Made by a program: the position numbers and the translations under genes
The notes under the pieces: generated by a model
What the model was told of the DNA's origin: nothing
Database searches by the model: none
What the model saw: the letters and a program-made list of their open reading frames with translations, nothing else
Origin: a virus
Lineage: Duplodnaviria > Caudoviricetes
Length of the DNA: 64,000 nucleotides
Virus record (IMG/VR): IMGVR_UViG_3300028228_000176
Span: 637-64,636 of that record
Strand: one strand, 5' to 3'
Shown here: piece after piece, positions 55,095 through 64,000 of the stretch
How positions within the stretch are numbered: the stretch's first letter is position 1
Layout of the letters: every line of letters begins with the position of its first letter

Positions 55095-55872
55095 TGCCGT
55101 TTATATCAGCATCGGCAATAACCCCATATAACAGTATAAGGGGAGGAGCCGCAGGAGAAGCACTTGACCCTATACTTGCATACTCCCCTTATAATGTTTG
55201 GGATTCCGAACACGTTACGATAGATGGGGATGTTACAACTGTATTAGATTACAATAATGTCGGGGCAAAATTAAATATGGTTAACCCTTCCGCTGCAACT
55301 CAGCCCGAACTCATAACAAACGATTCGTCTTTTAATAATAAACCATTTTTAAGGTTTAGTGGAACTGATTATTTAGAAAATTCAATCATTAATTATAGAA
55401 GTTCTGACAGTACTGGTATTGTTGCAGGAGTAATGAGAGTGAATAGCGGTTCTGGCATTTACCCATTAACAAGCAGTTCATCCACAGTATCAAACGCATA
55501 TTGGGGTAGAACAATAAAAACCTCCAATAAATTTTCGGTTTTAGCATACAACACAATATCTGAGAGGTCTTACGTTCAAGACAATGAAATTATACCCAAT
55601 GGTGTTTTTCTTTTTGCTATGGTGTGGATGGCTCTGATACATTTATTATACTAAACGCAATAAATAATGGTGTTACTTATATTCAAGAAATACCATCAGG
55701 AAATACATCTGCTTGGTTAGATAGTGTAGATGCAAGAGATGACCTTAAAATTGGGGCATTAGGCACTGATGGAAGTAATGTAGACATAGCAAATGTAGGG
55801 TATTACCCATACACAAGCATTGCTGACGCTATAAGTTTATCTAATGTTTTAAAAACCAAATACGGAATATGA
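55094..55872 (+). CDS. Putative virion beta-sandwich protein (frameshifted near 55610)
   Basis: Shares ILAYSPxNVWDSEH and DSTG with 53953; ends LKTKYGI. Confidence 0.5.
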
Positions 55873-56729
55873 TGAATAAAATTAACGGTTGGATATTACC
55901 AACAATAGAAAAGTACGAAGAAAAGCAGTTGGAGTTGGGTTTGCGTTATAATATTAACTCAGCAAGATATGCGGGAAGGCTAATCAATGGAGCAACAGTT
56001 CCAGATGTTGAATTAGTAAAAGGTGGGTTTTTTATGCGAGATATTAGAAACTTAGGAACTGACGATATTTTATTATCAGATATAAAGCAATCGCCAGAGT
56101 AAATATAAAAACAATCTATCTAATCTAATTTACTCTATGACATAACTAAAAAAACACACATGGATAGCGAAAACATTATATTAGTAGTAGTTGGATTAGC
56201 TAGTGCGTTTGGAATTAAAGAAATTTGGAGTATTGTAAAAAAGAAAATGGATATAAACCATTCTATTTCGTCAAGCCAAAGTAATTACAAGCAGAAAAGA
56301 ATTGAGGAATTAGAAGACGAGCTGAAAGAGGCGAATAAAACTATACTTGAATTAACGGTTAGGGTATCTAAATTAGAAGAAAGAATGCTTCACGTTGCAA
56401 AGAATAGAGTAAAAAACAGTTCTAACGAGTAATAATAATATAAACAACGAAACAAACAAAAACAATTAAAAATGGGTAACGAGGTAATTAATTTAAAAAC
56501 GGTATTTAGTGGTTTCAATTCTGGAACTGACCTACAACCAAAGAATACAAGAACAAACAACCAAGGAGTGAAAGTTGAAGATATTGCAGGATTTATTAAA
56601 ATTGTAGCAACAGTGCCAGAAGTTTCAACTTTAATAAAAGGAGATATGTTCTTAGCATTAGATACTAATAGATTAACAATATGCACAGTATCGGCAGAGA
56701 CAGTAATACAATTTAGCAAAGACGCATAA
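55869..56729 (+). CDS. Three small proteins (55869-56102; 56160-56432 with a TM segment and coiled coil; 56472-56729)
   Basis: Tandem + ORFs. Confidence 0.5.
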
Positions 56730-56784
56730 ATCCTTTCTCTAGGCTAAAAGAGTAACATTATAATCTAATTAAATTTAATACAGT

Positions 56785-58323
56785 ATGTCTAACGGAATCG
56801 TTAAGAATCTAAACTTCGGAGACGAAGGTAAAAATAAAGTGTTTGAGGGTATCTCAAAGTTAACACAAGCCGTTAGTTCCACATTAGGAGCTAGCGGTAA
56901 GTGTGTAATGCTAGAGGACGGCTCAGGCAAACCATTAATTACAAAGGATGGTGTAACAGTGGCTAATGCAGTTATACTCTTAGACCCAGTAGAAAATATG
57001 GGTGCAACGCTGTTAAAAGAAGCGGCAAGGCAAACAGTTATTGAAGCAGGCGACGGAACAACAACAGCTACGGTATTAGCACACGCAATACTAGAAGAGG
57101 CTTTTAAAAACAAAAACTATAACTCAAGAGAGATTCGCAATGGTATAAATTCTGCCGTTGACAAAGTAGTTACATACTTAGAAAGTATCTCACATAGCGT
57201 CACTGGTTCTATGTTAACTGAAGTTGCTACAATATCATCTAACAATGACGTAGAGCTTGGAGCTTTAATTGCTAAGGCTTTTGAAGACGTTGGCGAGAAT
57301 GGTGTAGTTAGTATGGAAATATCTAACGACGAAGAAACATCAGTAGACATTGTAGATGGCGCTTCTATTGATAAGGGGTTAAAGAATGACCACTTTATTA
57401 ATAACAAAGAAAAAGGTACTTGCGAACTTAACAATCCACTTGTATTAATTGTAGAAAGCAAAATACCTAATGTAAGAAAAGTTCAAGGAATTTTAGAATA
57501 CGTTATTAAGAATAACAAAGAATTACTTATTATTGGAGAAGCAGATGAACAGTTAGTGACTGCTTTATCAATGAATGTAAATAAAGGTAACATCAAAGCC
57601 AATATTATTGATTCCCCAGACTTTGGAATTAATAGGAAAGAAACGCTTCAAGATTTTGCTGCCTTAACTGGCGCTACAGTGATTAACGAAGACTTGGGTG
57701 ACGATATAGACCTAATTGATGTTAGCCACTTAGGTACGTGCTTAAAAGCCGTTACAACAAGAGAAGATACTGTCATTCAAGTTGAAGGCACTAACGATGC
57801 TGTTGTTGGTTTAATTAAGCAAATAAAAAAGCAGATTAAAGAAACAAAGATTAACGGAAAGAAGCACCAATTAGAAAGAAGGCTATCAAGGCTTGCTGGA
57901 AAGGTTGGTGTAATAAAAGTTGGGGCTAATTCAGAGGTTGAACTCAAAGAAAAAAGCGATAGAGTTGAAGATGCAATATGTGCAACTAAAGCAGCTATAA
58001 AAGAAGGTATTGTTCCAGGAGGAGGAATTGCTTTACTCAACGCTAGTACGATTGTTTTAGGCTTAAATGCAGGTGAAGACATTTTGCTAAAAGCTATTCA
58101 GTCTCCATTCAATGTTATTATGAAAAATGCAGGGATGGAAGACTTTGAAAAACCAACCGAAGAAGGTGTAGGATATGATGTAGTAACAGGTAAAATGGTG
58201 GAGATGATTAAGTTTGGAATTATAGACCCACTACTCGTAACTAAAAGTGCTTTGAAGAATGCTGCATCTGTAGCCAATACTATTCTTGCAACTGATTGTG
58301 TAATTAATAATCTAAGAGCATGA
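56785..58323 (+). CDS. groEL: Chaperonin GroEL
   Basis: Motifs ITKDGVTVA, AGDGTTTATVLA, GIVPGGG and GIIDP. Confidence 0.95.
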   Translation: MSNGIVKNLNFGDEGKNKVFEGISKLTQAVSSTLGASGKCVMLEDGSGKPLITKDGVTVANAVILLDPVENMGATLLKEAARQTVIEAGDGTTTATVLAHAILEEAFKNKNYNSREIRNGINSAVDKVVTYLESISHSVTGSMLTEVATISSNNDVELGALIAKAFEDVGENGVVSMEISNDEETSVDIVDGASIDKGLKNDHFINNKEKGTCELNNPLVLIVESKIPNVRKVQGILEYVIKNNKELLIIGEADEQLVTALSMNVNKGNIKANIIDSPDFGINRKETLQDFAALTGATVINEDLGDDIDLIDVSHLGTCLKAVTTREDTVIQVEGTNDAVVGLIKQIKKQIKETKINGKKHQLERRLSRLAGKVGVIKVGANSEVELKEKSDRVEDAICATKAAIKEGIVPGGGIALLNASTIVLGLNAGEDILLKAIQSPFNVIMKNAGMEDFEKPTEEGVGYDVVTGKMVEMIKFGIIDPLLVTKSALKNAASVANTILATDCVINNLRA

Positions 58324-58580
58324 AAGCAGTAGGGAAATACATATTAATAGAGCCTGCGAAGGAGAAGGAGTTTTCTACCAAAGGTGGGTTAATTTTAGGT
58401 GAGAACCATAGAGAAGATATAAGGTACAGAGAAGCCACCGTAAAGACAATTGGTACTATGGTAGCTGGAGTTAAAGACGAAGATGTTATCTATTACGATA
58501 GACACGCAGGGTTTGATATGGAAGTAGACAAAGTGATATATAAGGTAATAAAAGAATCAGACGTTGTAGTTGTTTTATGA
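58320..58580 (+). CDS. groES: Co-chaperonin GroES
   Basis: TKGGLIL mobile loop; overlaps the groEL stop codon. Confidence 0.85.
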   Translation: MKAVGKYILIEPAKEKEFSTKGGLILGENHREDIRYREATVKTIGTMVAGVKDEDVIYYDRHAGFDMEVDKVIYKVIKESDVVVVL

Positions 58581-59024
58581 AACGTTTTAGAAGCCGATGA
58601 CATAAAGGATTTAAGTCTACTAAAGCACTATAGGATAATACGCCAATGGGCTTGCAAAAACAATGGACTAACTAACGCAGATTTAGAGTTATTAATTTAC
58701 CTAGACTGCATCGGCCTCTTTAACCGACTTGATTTTATAGATGGAGTTTACTCATATAGCTGGGATACCAGAAGGTGGTCTAAGCTAAGAGATAATGATT
58801 GGATAACGGTATTTGCTAAAAGAAATAAAACTACAACAAAGAGCAATGTGTACAAAGTTTCATTTAAAGGGAAACACTTAATTAAAAGAATGTACAAGAT
58901 AATGCTTGGAGAGGAGGATATACCTACTAGTGAAAAAAGAAACGTTATAATGAAGGGGGGTAGTTACTCTCACAAAGTTTTATCAAAATCAATTAAGAAC
59001 GTAAATAACGACAAAACAATATAA
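58577..59024 (+). CDS. Winged-helix-like phage protein (absent from the ORF track; frameshift right after the start)
   Basis: Manual translation gives LLKHYRIIRQWACKNNGLTNADLELLIYLD...YKVSFKG. Confidence 0.55.
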
Positions 59025-59027
59025 ATT

Positions 59028-59957
59028 ATGTACAATAATAAAAAATCGCCTTTCTCTATGAAGGGAAGTTATGCTTCTGCACCTAAAATGGTTTCTCCAA
59101 ACACAAAAGTTCCTATGGAACCTATGGAGGAAACAGAACAAGATAGGGCTGACAAAGAAGTTATGTCTAGAGGAAAAGATGCTTTTGAAAAAGCTAGGAC
59201 TAGAGGAGATATAGCTAAAGAAGTTAGCTTTGACTTAACAACCGCTACTTCTAAAGGAGATATGATGGGTGCTACTATTGCAAACTTGGTAAATAAATCA
59301 AGAGCAGTTAGTGCAGCAATGCCAAAAGAAACAGAAGAATCAGTTACGGGAGAATCTTCTCTTGTAAATCTTAATAAAAAGGATAACAAAAAATCTTTTA
59401 GTTCAGGAAGAATGAACAAATCTAACTTAGTAAAATCAGATGTAAAGGTTGGTGATTTTAAAAAATTATAAAATAATTATGAAGAACATATTAAATCAAT
59501 TAGGCTCAACTCCATTCAATGATGCTATCGACCCAATTACTGGTGCGTCAAATAAAGCAATTGGAGCAATAGAGCCAATTCAAAGACAAGTTGCAGACCC
59601 AACTGTTTCATTAGGAGAAGGTGGTTTACCAATAGAAAACCCAACTGACCTGAACTTTAACAACGGAGCAAGAGAAATGGGTGTTATGATGTATGGTGGA
59701 AATAAAGCAAGAGGAATAAAATAAAAACTATAACTATGAAAAGCAATAAAATGGTGAAAACCAAAAGAATGTATGCTCCACAATCAGGACAAAATGCAAT
59801 ATGGGATGGCCCATTAAATGTAGATATTATGCCAAGAGGGTATGGTTCTAGTAGTGGATGCAAAGGTATTCAGTTGTTAGCTAAGAATATGCCAGCTTAT
59901 ATTCCAGGCCCTATCTCGCAGATAGCAAAAGGGAAGTACGGTGAAGGGATGGATTAA
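59028..59957 (+). CDS. Three hypothetical proteins (59028-59471, about 59479-59724, 59736-59957)
   Basis: Tandem + ORFs. Confidence 0.5.
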
Positions 59958-60126
59958 CCCAATGGAGGACTTGAAACTTTACATTACCAATGGATTGGTA
60001 GTAATGGTAACTATGTCGGACATAGAGGTCATTTTAAAAATACTTCTATTAATAGTAACGATAGGTTACACTGCTTTTAAGTGGTATTCCTTGTTAAAAA
60101 AATATAGAAATGAAAAACATAAGTAA
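59941..60126 (+). CDS. Putative holin
   Basis: Small hydrophobic protein with a basic C-terminus, overlapping the endolysin gene. Confidence 0.5.
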   Translation: MKGWINPMEDLKLYITNGLVVMVTMSDIEVILKILLLIVTIGYTAFKWYSLLKKYRNEKHK

Positions 60127-60571
60127 ACATTTATCTCACAAAGAAGGTGTTCGCAGTTCAACCGCAGCAAGATTAAACATAGATAACGAGCCACAAGAGA
60201 CTGAATTGGAAAATATGCGTACCATATCCGAAAAGATATTTGAGCCTCTTAGAGTGCACGTGAATGGCCCTATAAGAGTTAATAGCTTCTTTAGAAGTGT
60301 CGAGTTAAACAAAGCAGTTGGTGGGAGTTCTACTTCTCAGCATTGCAAAGGTCAAGCTTTTGATTTAGATGACTCATACGGTAACGCTACAAATGCCGAG
60401 ATGTTTGCTTTTATTAGAGAGAACTTAGACTTTGACCAAATGATTTGGGAGTTTGGGGACAATAAAAATCCTAATTGGGTTCACGTTTCGTATGTGTCTC
60501 CTAATAAGAATAGAGGTAGATGCTTAAAAGCTTACAAGGAGCATGGTAGAACTAGGTACACGATAATATAA
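60110..60571 (+). CDS. Endolysin, peptidase M15A family
   Basis: Motifs SFFRSVELN, SQHCKGQAFD and WVHVS. Confidence 0.85.
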   Translation: MKNISKHLSHKEGVRSSTAARLNIDNEPQETELENMRTISEKIFEPLRVHVNGPIRVNSFFRSVELNKAVGGSSTSQHCKGQAFDLDDSYGNATNAEMFAFIRENLDFDQMIWEFGDNKNPNWVHVSYVSPNKNRGRCLKAYKEHGRTRYTII

Positions 60572-61039
60572 TGGCATACACGCAATTTAATTCTCCATTC
60601 TTAATGACTTCTAACGAGAAGAAATCAGGAATGACATCTGCCGAGAAAGCTAAGTATAAAAGGGAAACTGGAGGGACTTTGAAGAGACCTCAGCCAGAAG
60701 GTGGCGCTAGAAAAAAATCTTATTGTGCAAGGTCGGCAGGAATTAAAAAATGCAAAACCCCAGACGAGAAAGGTATGTGTCCTAATGACTACTCAAGAAG
60801 AAAATGGAAATGTTAACAGTAATAAATAAGAAATGAAAAAATCAGAAAAGTACGATATTAAAGAAGCAAGCAACCAAGACTTAACTGCTTCTGCTAGAAA
60901 AAATTATTCAGAGAACGCTGAGGCTGGCTTGAAAATGATGGGTGGAACTTCAATGGGTTCTAGCTTAAAACCTATGATGAATAGTGGTTTAAAAATGTGC
61001 GGAAGTCAAGTTAGTAAACACATGAAAGCTAGCAAATAA
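60571..61039 (+). CDS. Two small basic proteins (60571-60816 and 60833-61039)
   Basis: Tandem + ORFs; RKKSYCARS motif in the first. Confidence 0.5.
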
Positions 61040-61040
61040 A

Positions 61041-61391
61041 ATGCCTTTTAAGTTAAATAGTGCGCCATATAATAAAGATGCTACACCTATATATGAATCA
61101 GACTTAGGGGCAGGTATTCTTGGTCAAAGCAATAACAATGGAACTATCTTAATAAACAATAAGTTAGACCCAAAGTTTCACGATGAGGTTATTAAACACG
61201 AAGAAGTTCATATTAATCAAATGTCAAGAGGAGACTTAGACTACGACGAAAAAAATATTTACTGGAAAGGAAAGGCTTACTCAAAAAGTAATGCTAAGAT
61301 AGCAATGGCTAGTCCTAAAACATCTCCTTGGGAAGCTGAGGCGTATAAGAAATCAGGTACTAAATATAAAGATAAAAAATACAATGTCTAA
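61041..61391 (+). CDS. Putative zinc metallopeptidase-like protein
   Basis: HEEVH (HExxH) motif and downstream PWEAEAY. Confidence 0.55.
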   Translation: MPFKLNSAPYNKDATPIYESDLGAGILGQSNNNGTILINNKLDPKFHDEVIKHEEVHINQMSRGDLDYDEKNIYWKGKAYSKSNAKIAMASPKTSPWEAEAYKKSGTKYKDKKYNV

Positions 61392-61829
61392 GAAATTTAA
61401 AGATACAAAGCTAGGTGTTTTTCTAGGTAAGACGGCTCCTCATATTTTAACAATAGCAGGTGATTTATTACCCGATGCAGGAGTTCTAGGAATAGTTAAA
61501 AACTTAATTGAAACAGACAAGACTATTAGCCCTAAAGATAAAGCCGAAGCACTTAGCCAAGCTAAAGAGATGTATCAGTTAGAAATAGCGGATAGGGACT
61601 CTGCAAGAAGCAGAGAGGTTGAAGTAAAAAAGCAGGTAGCAAAGATATTATGATGGTAGCTACTGGTCTTGTAGGTTTGTTATCTTTTATTTTTATTATC
61701 TATGCCGTAGTGTACGAACCTTCGGTTATGGAAAATGATTTATTTGTTCACTTAATGGGTATGATAGAAGGTGTTGTTATCAGCAACATATTTGCTTATT
61801 ACTATGGCACAAGTTCGGACAAACAATAA
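61384..61829 (+). CDS. Holin-like membrane protein (frameshift near 61630)
   Basis: DRDSARSRE motif followed by two transmembrane segments and YYYGTS in the shifted frame. Confidence 0.5.
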
Positions 61830-61876
61830 AACATAGGTAATAATATTAGTAAGATAATCTAATCAAATTTAATGCA

Positions 61877-62349
61877 ATGAGAATAACTGACGAGGAACTA
61901 GAAGAAATCAGAGAGCAGCAAACTAAAATATCCCAAATTAAACAGGATTTAGGAACGCTAGAGATAAGAAAACACGAAATAATGGGTGTGTTAATGAATA
62001 TTGACAAAGAAGTTGAAGAAACCAAAACTATCCTTGAGGACAAGTATGGTCGTGTTAACATCAATCTTGACGACGGTTCTTATACGGACGTTGAGGGTGA
62101 GGAATTAAAATCTAAGTAATGAGTAGTGTTATAAGAAAAATCAGCATAGGTTCTGATTACAAAAATGATGCAATGCACTACGCTGTAAGTCAGCAAGTGT
62201 ACGGAGGTCACGAAATATCTAACATTCTCTTTGATGAGAAAGATAATTCTTATAACATCTACATCATAAAAAACGATGAGGTTCTTCCTTGGAAAAAGTT
62301 TAATAGCAATATGGCGGTGTCCATAGAGTACGATTTGCAGTATAGGTAG
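61877..62349 (+). CDS. Two conserved hypothetical proteins (61877-62119 and 62119-62349)
   Basis: Translationally coupled ORFs. Confidence 0.55.
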
Positions 62350-62352
62350 CGT

Positions 62353-62949
62353 ATGAAGAGTGTTTATGATTTTATTGTAAAACCAGTCAACGGAAGATAC
62401 GACAACGTTAAGAAAGTTGGAGATGTTGACCTTATAGTAAATACTAGAATTGAAGAATATAAAAGCATTAGCAAAGTTGCAGAAGTTGTAGCTTTGCCAA
62501 TGTCTATTAAGACAGATATAAAAGTTGGAGATATTGTTGTTATACATCACAACATATTTAGAAGGTTTTACGATATAAGGGGTAATGAAAAAAATAGTAG
62601 AGCTTTTATTAAAGAAGATATGTACGCTTGCCCTCCAGAACAGATTTATATGTACGGAGACAATATACCTCATTTGGATTATTGTTTTGTTAAGCCTTTA
62701 GTAAGCCACGATATATTTTCAATTGACAAAGAAAAGCCTCTTGTTGGCATATTGAAGTTTGGAAACAAACAACTATCAAAATTAGGTATAGAAAAAGAAG
62801 ATTTAGTTTCGTTTAGACCAACATCAGAATTTGAGTTTGTTATTGACGAAGAACTATTATATTGTATGAAATTAATTAACATTGTTGCGAAACATGGACG
62901 TAAAGGAAACGAAGAGGAATATAATCCTAGCTGGGCAAGCAGCAGTTGA
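62353..62949 (+). CDS. GroES-like fold protein, possibly two tandem domains
   Basis: FIVKP...AEVVALP...IKVGDIVV, then CFVKP...GILKFG...EDLVSF. Confidence 0.5.
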   Translation: MKSVYDFIVKPVNGRYDNVKKVGDVDLIVNTRIEEYKSISKVAEVVALPMSIKTDIKVGDIVVIHHNIFRRFYDIRGNEKNSRAFIKEDMYACPPEQIYMYGDNIPHLDYCFVKPLVSHDIFSIDKEKPLVGILKFGNKQLSKLGIEKEDLVSFRPTSEFEFVIDEELLYCMKLINIVAKHGRKGNEEEYNPSWASSS

Positions 62950-63178
62950 GGAATTAATAAAAGTAGCTAAAGAGCCTATTCTCGATGAAGAAGATGACTT
63001 AACAGCAGACAAGTTGAAGAATGCAGCAGCCACAAAGAAACTAGCTATATTCGACGCTTTTGAAATTCTAAATAGAATTAAGGAAGAAGAGGATATGTTG
63101 GATGACAAACCAAAAGAAGAGACTGACAAGAAAAGTAATTTCAAGGGTTTTGCTGAAGGTAGGGCTAAATTTAATTAA
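62894..63178 (+). CDS. Putative terminase small subunit
   Basis: Short helical protein directly upstream of terL. Confidence 0.45.
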   Translation: MDVKETKRNIILAGQAAVEELIKVAKEPILDEEDDLTADKLKNAAATKKLAIFDAFEILNRIKEEEDMLDDKPKEETDKKSNFKGFAEGRAKFN

Positions 63179-63179
63179 T

Positions 63180-64000
63180 ATGTACGAACAAACTTTATAC
63201 AAAGTTCTCGACAATTACATTAAGGCAGCTACAATAAAAAAGAAGAACAGACACAAAACGTGGAAGTATGGTTACGATGCTGACCACGATATGGTTGTTA
63301 TAAGTAAAACAGGTAAGATAGGAGAGATTTACGAAATACAAAATCTTAAAATAGCATTACCTGCTGAATCTAAGATTCATAACTTTAAAGACAAAAAATG
63401 GAGTAGCATAGCCTACCCTAAAGAATTAAGTAGAATAAAAACAATCTTTGATTGGGGGCAATATCCCGATGAGTTTAAGGAGCAATGGTACGATTACATT
63501 GAGAAGGAGTTTGAAAGGAGAGAGCAAGGATTTTGGTTTAATAATAAAGGTGGTAGCACTTACATTACTGGGACTCATTATATGTATTTGCAATGGTCAA
63601 AAATTGATATTGGAGCACCAGACTTTAGGGAAGCAAATAGATTGTTTTATATATTCTGGGAAGCCTGCAAAGCCGATTACAGATGCTTTGGAATGGACTA
63701 TCTTAAAAACAGACGGAGTGGATTTTCATTTATGTCATCTGGAGAAGTTGTTAATCTCGCAACCATGTCTACTGATTCTCGATACGGCATACTTTCAAAG
63801 TCAGGGCCTGATGCTAAGAAAATGTTTACCGACAAGGTTGTACCAATATCAATCAATTATCCTTTCTTCTTCAAGCCAATCCAAGATGGTATGGATAGAC
63901 CGAAAACAGAATTGGCATATAGAGTACCTGCTTCAAAGCTTACAAGAAGGAAGCTTGACTCTAATGAAAAACCAGAAGATATCAAAGGATTGGATACTAC
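63180..64000 (+). CDS. terL: Terminase large subunit, N-terminal ATPase part (truncated by the window end)
   Basis: Open from ATG 63180; motifs YITGTHYMYLQW and the Walker A-like LKNRRSGFSF. Confidence 0.85.
   Translation, partial: MYEQTLYKVLDNYIKAATIKKKNRHKTWKYGYDADHDMVVISKTGKIGEIYEIQNLKIALPAESKIHNFKDKKWSSIAYPKELSRIKTIFDWGQYPDEFKEQWYDYIEKEFERREQGFWFNNKGGSTYITGTHYMYLQWSKIDIGAPDFREANRLFYIFWEACKADYRCFGMDYLKNRRSGFSFMSSGEVVNLATMSTDSRYGILSKSGPDAKKMFTDKVVPISINYPFFFKPIQDGMDRPKTELAYRVPASKLTRRKLDSNEKPEDIKGLDT

Noticed and set aside
53070-55872. Diversity-generating retroelement acting on tail genes
   Set aside because: No reverse transcriptase and no adenine-specific TR/VR pair; the similarity is ordinary protein paralogy.
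7880-61640. Programmed frameshifts or widespread pseudogenisation
   Set aside because: Breaks hit essential genes (primase-helicase, SSB, virion proteins), often in homopolymer runs, which points to sequencing indels.
680-63144. Numerous short antisense ORFs overlapping long genes
   Set aside because: These are shadow ORFs with no motifs or leaders.
1-64000. tRNA or rRNA genes
   Set aside because: No cloverleaf or rRNA-like segment was recognised by eye; tRNAscan-SE or ARAGORN would be needed to confirm.

Overview
This window is almost the whole genome (about 64.5 kb) of a tailed dsDNA phage, most likely a podovirus infecting Bacteroidota/Flavobacteriaceae (AT-rich sequence, TAnnTTTG-type promoter boxes). 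The large terminase gene is split across the two ends of the window. The + strand arm (52.6 kb to the end, then 1-24.8 kb) carries tail-fibre-like genes, GroEL/GroES, lysis genes, terminase, portal, scaffold, capsid, tail and internal virion proteins. The - strand arm (24.85-51.5 kb) carries early, replication and accessory genes: an intein-containing class II ribonucleotide reductase, an endonuclease I-like nuclease, a metallophosphoesterase, primase-helicase, SSB, an exonuclease/ERF pair, a sigma factor and many DNA methyltransferases. I recognise no integrase and no DNA polymerase. The main observation is an integron-like cassette system. At 41983-46938 a 30-bp attI-like site is followed by seven cassettes, each closed by an attC-like hairpin (..TAAC...GTT..). 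Each cassette's inverse core matches the core at its own start. The genes run antisense to the array, and five of the seven are DNA methyltransferases. The attI-like sequence recurs at 37718 (apparently empty) and at 47877, and decayed cassettes lie at 25.1-27.0 kb and 37.8-38.8 kb. Many genes show frameshifts, often in homopolymer runs, which are probably sequencing errors. All calls come from reading motifs; no database searches were run.
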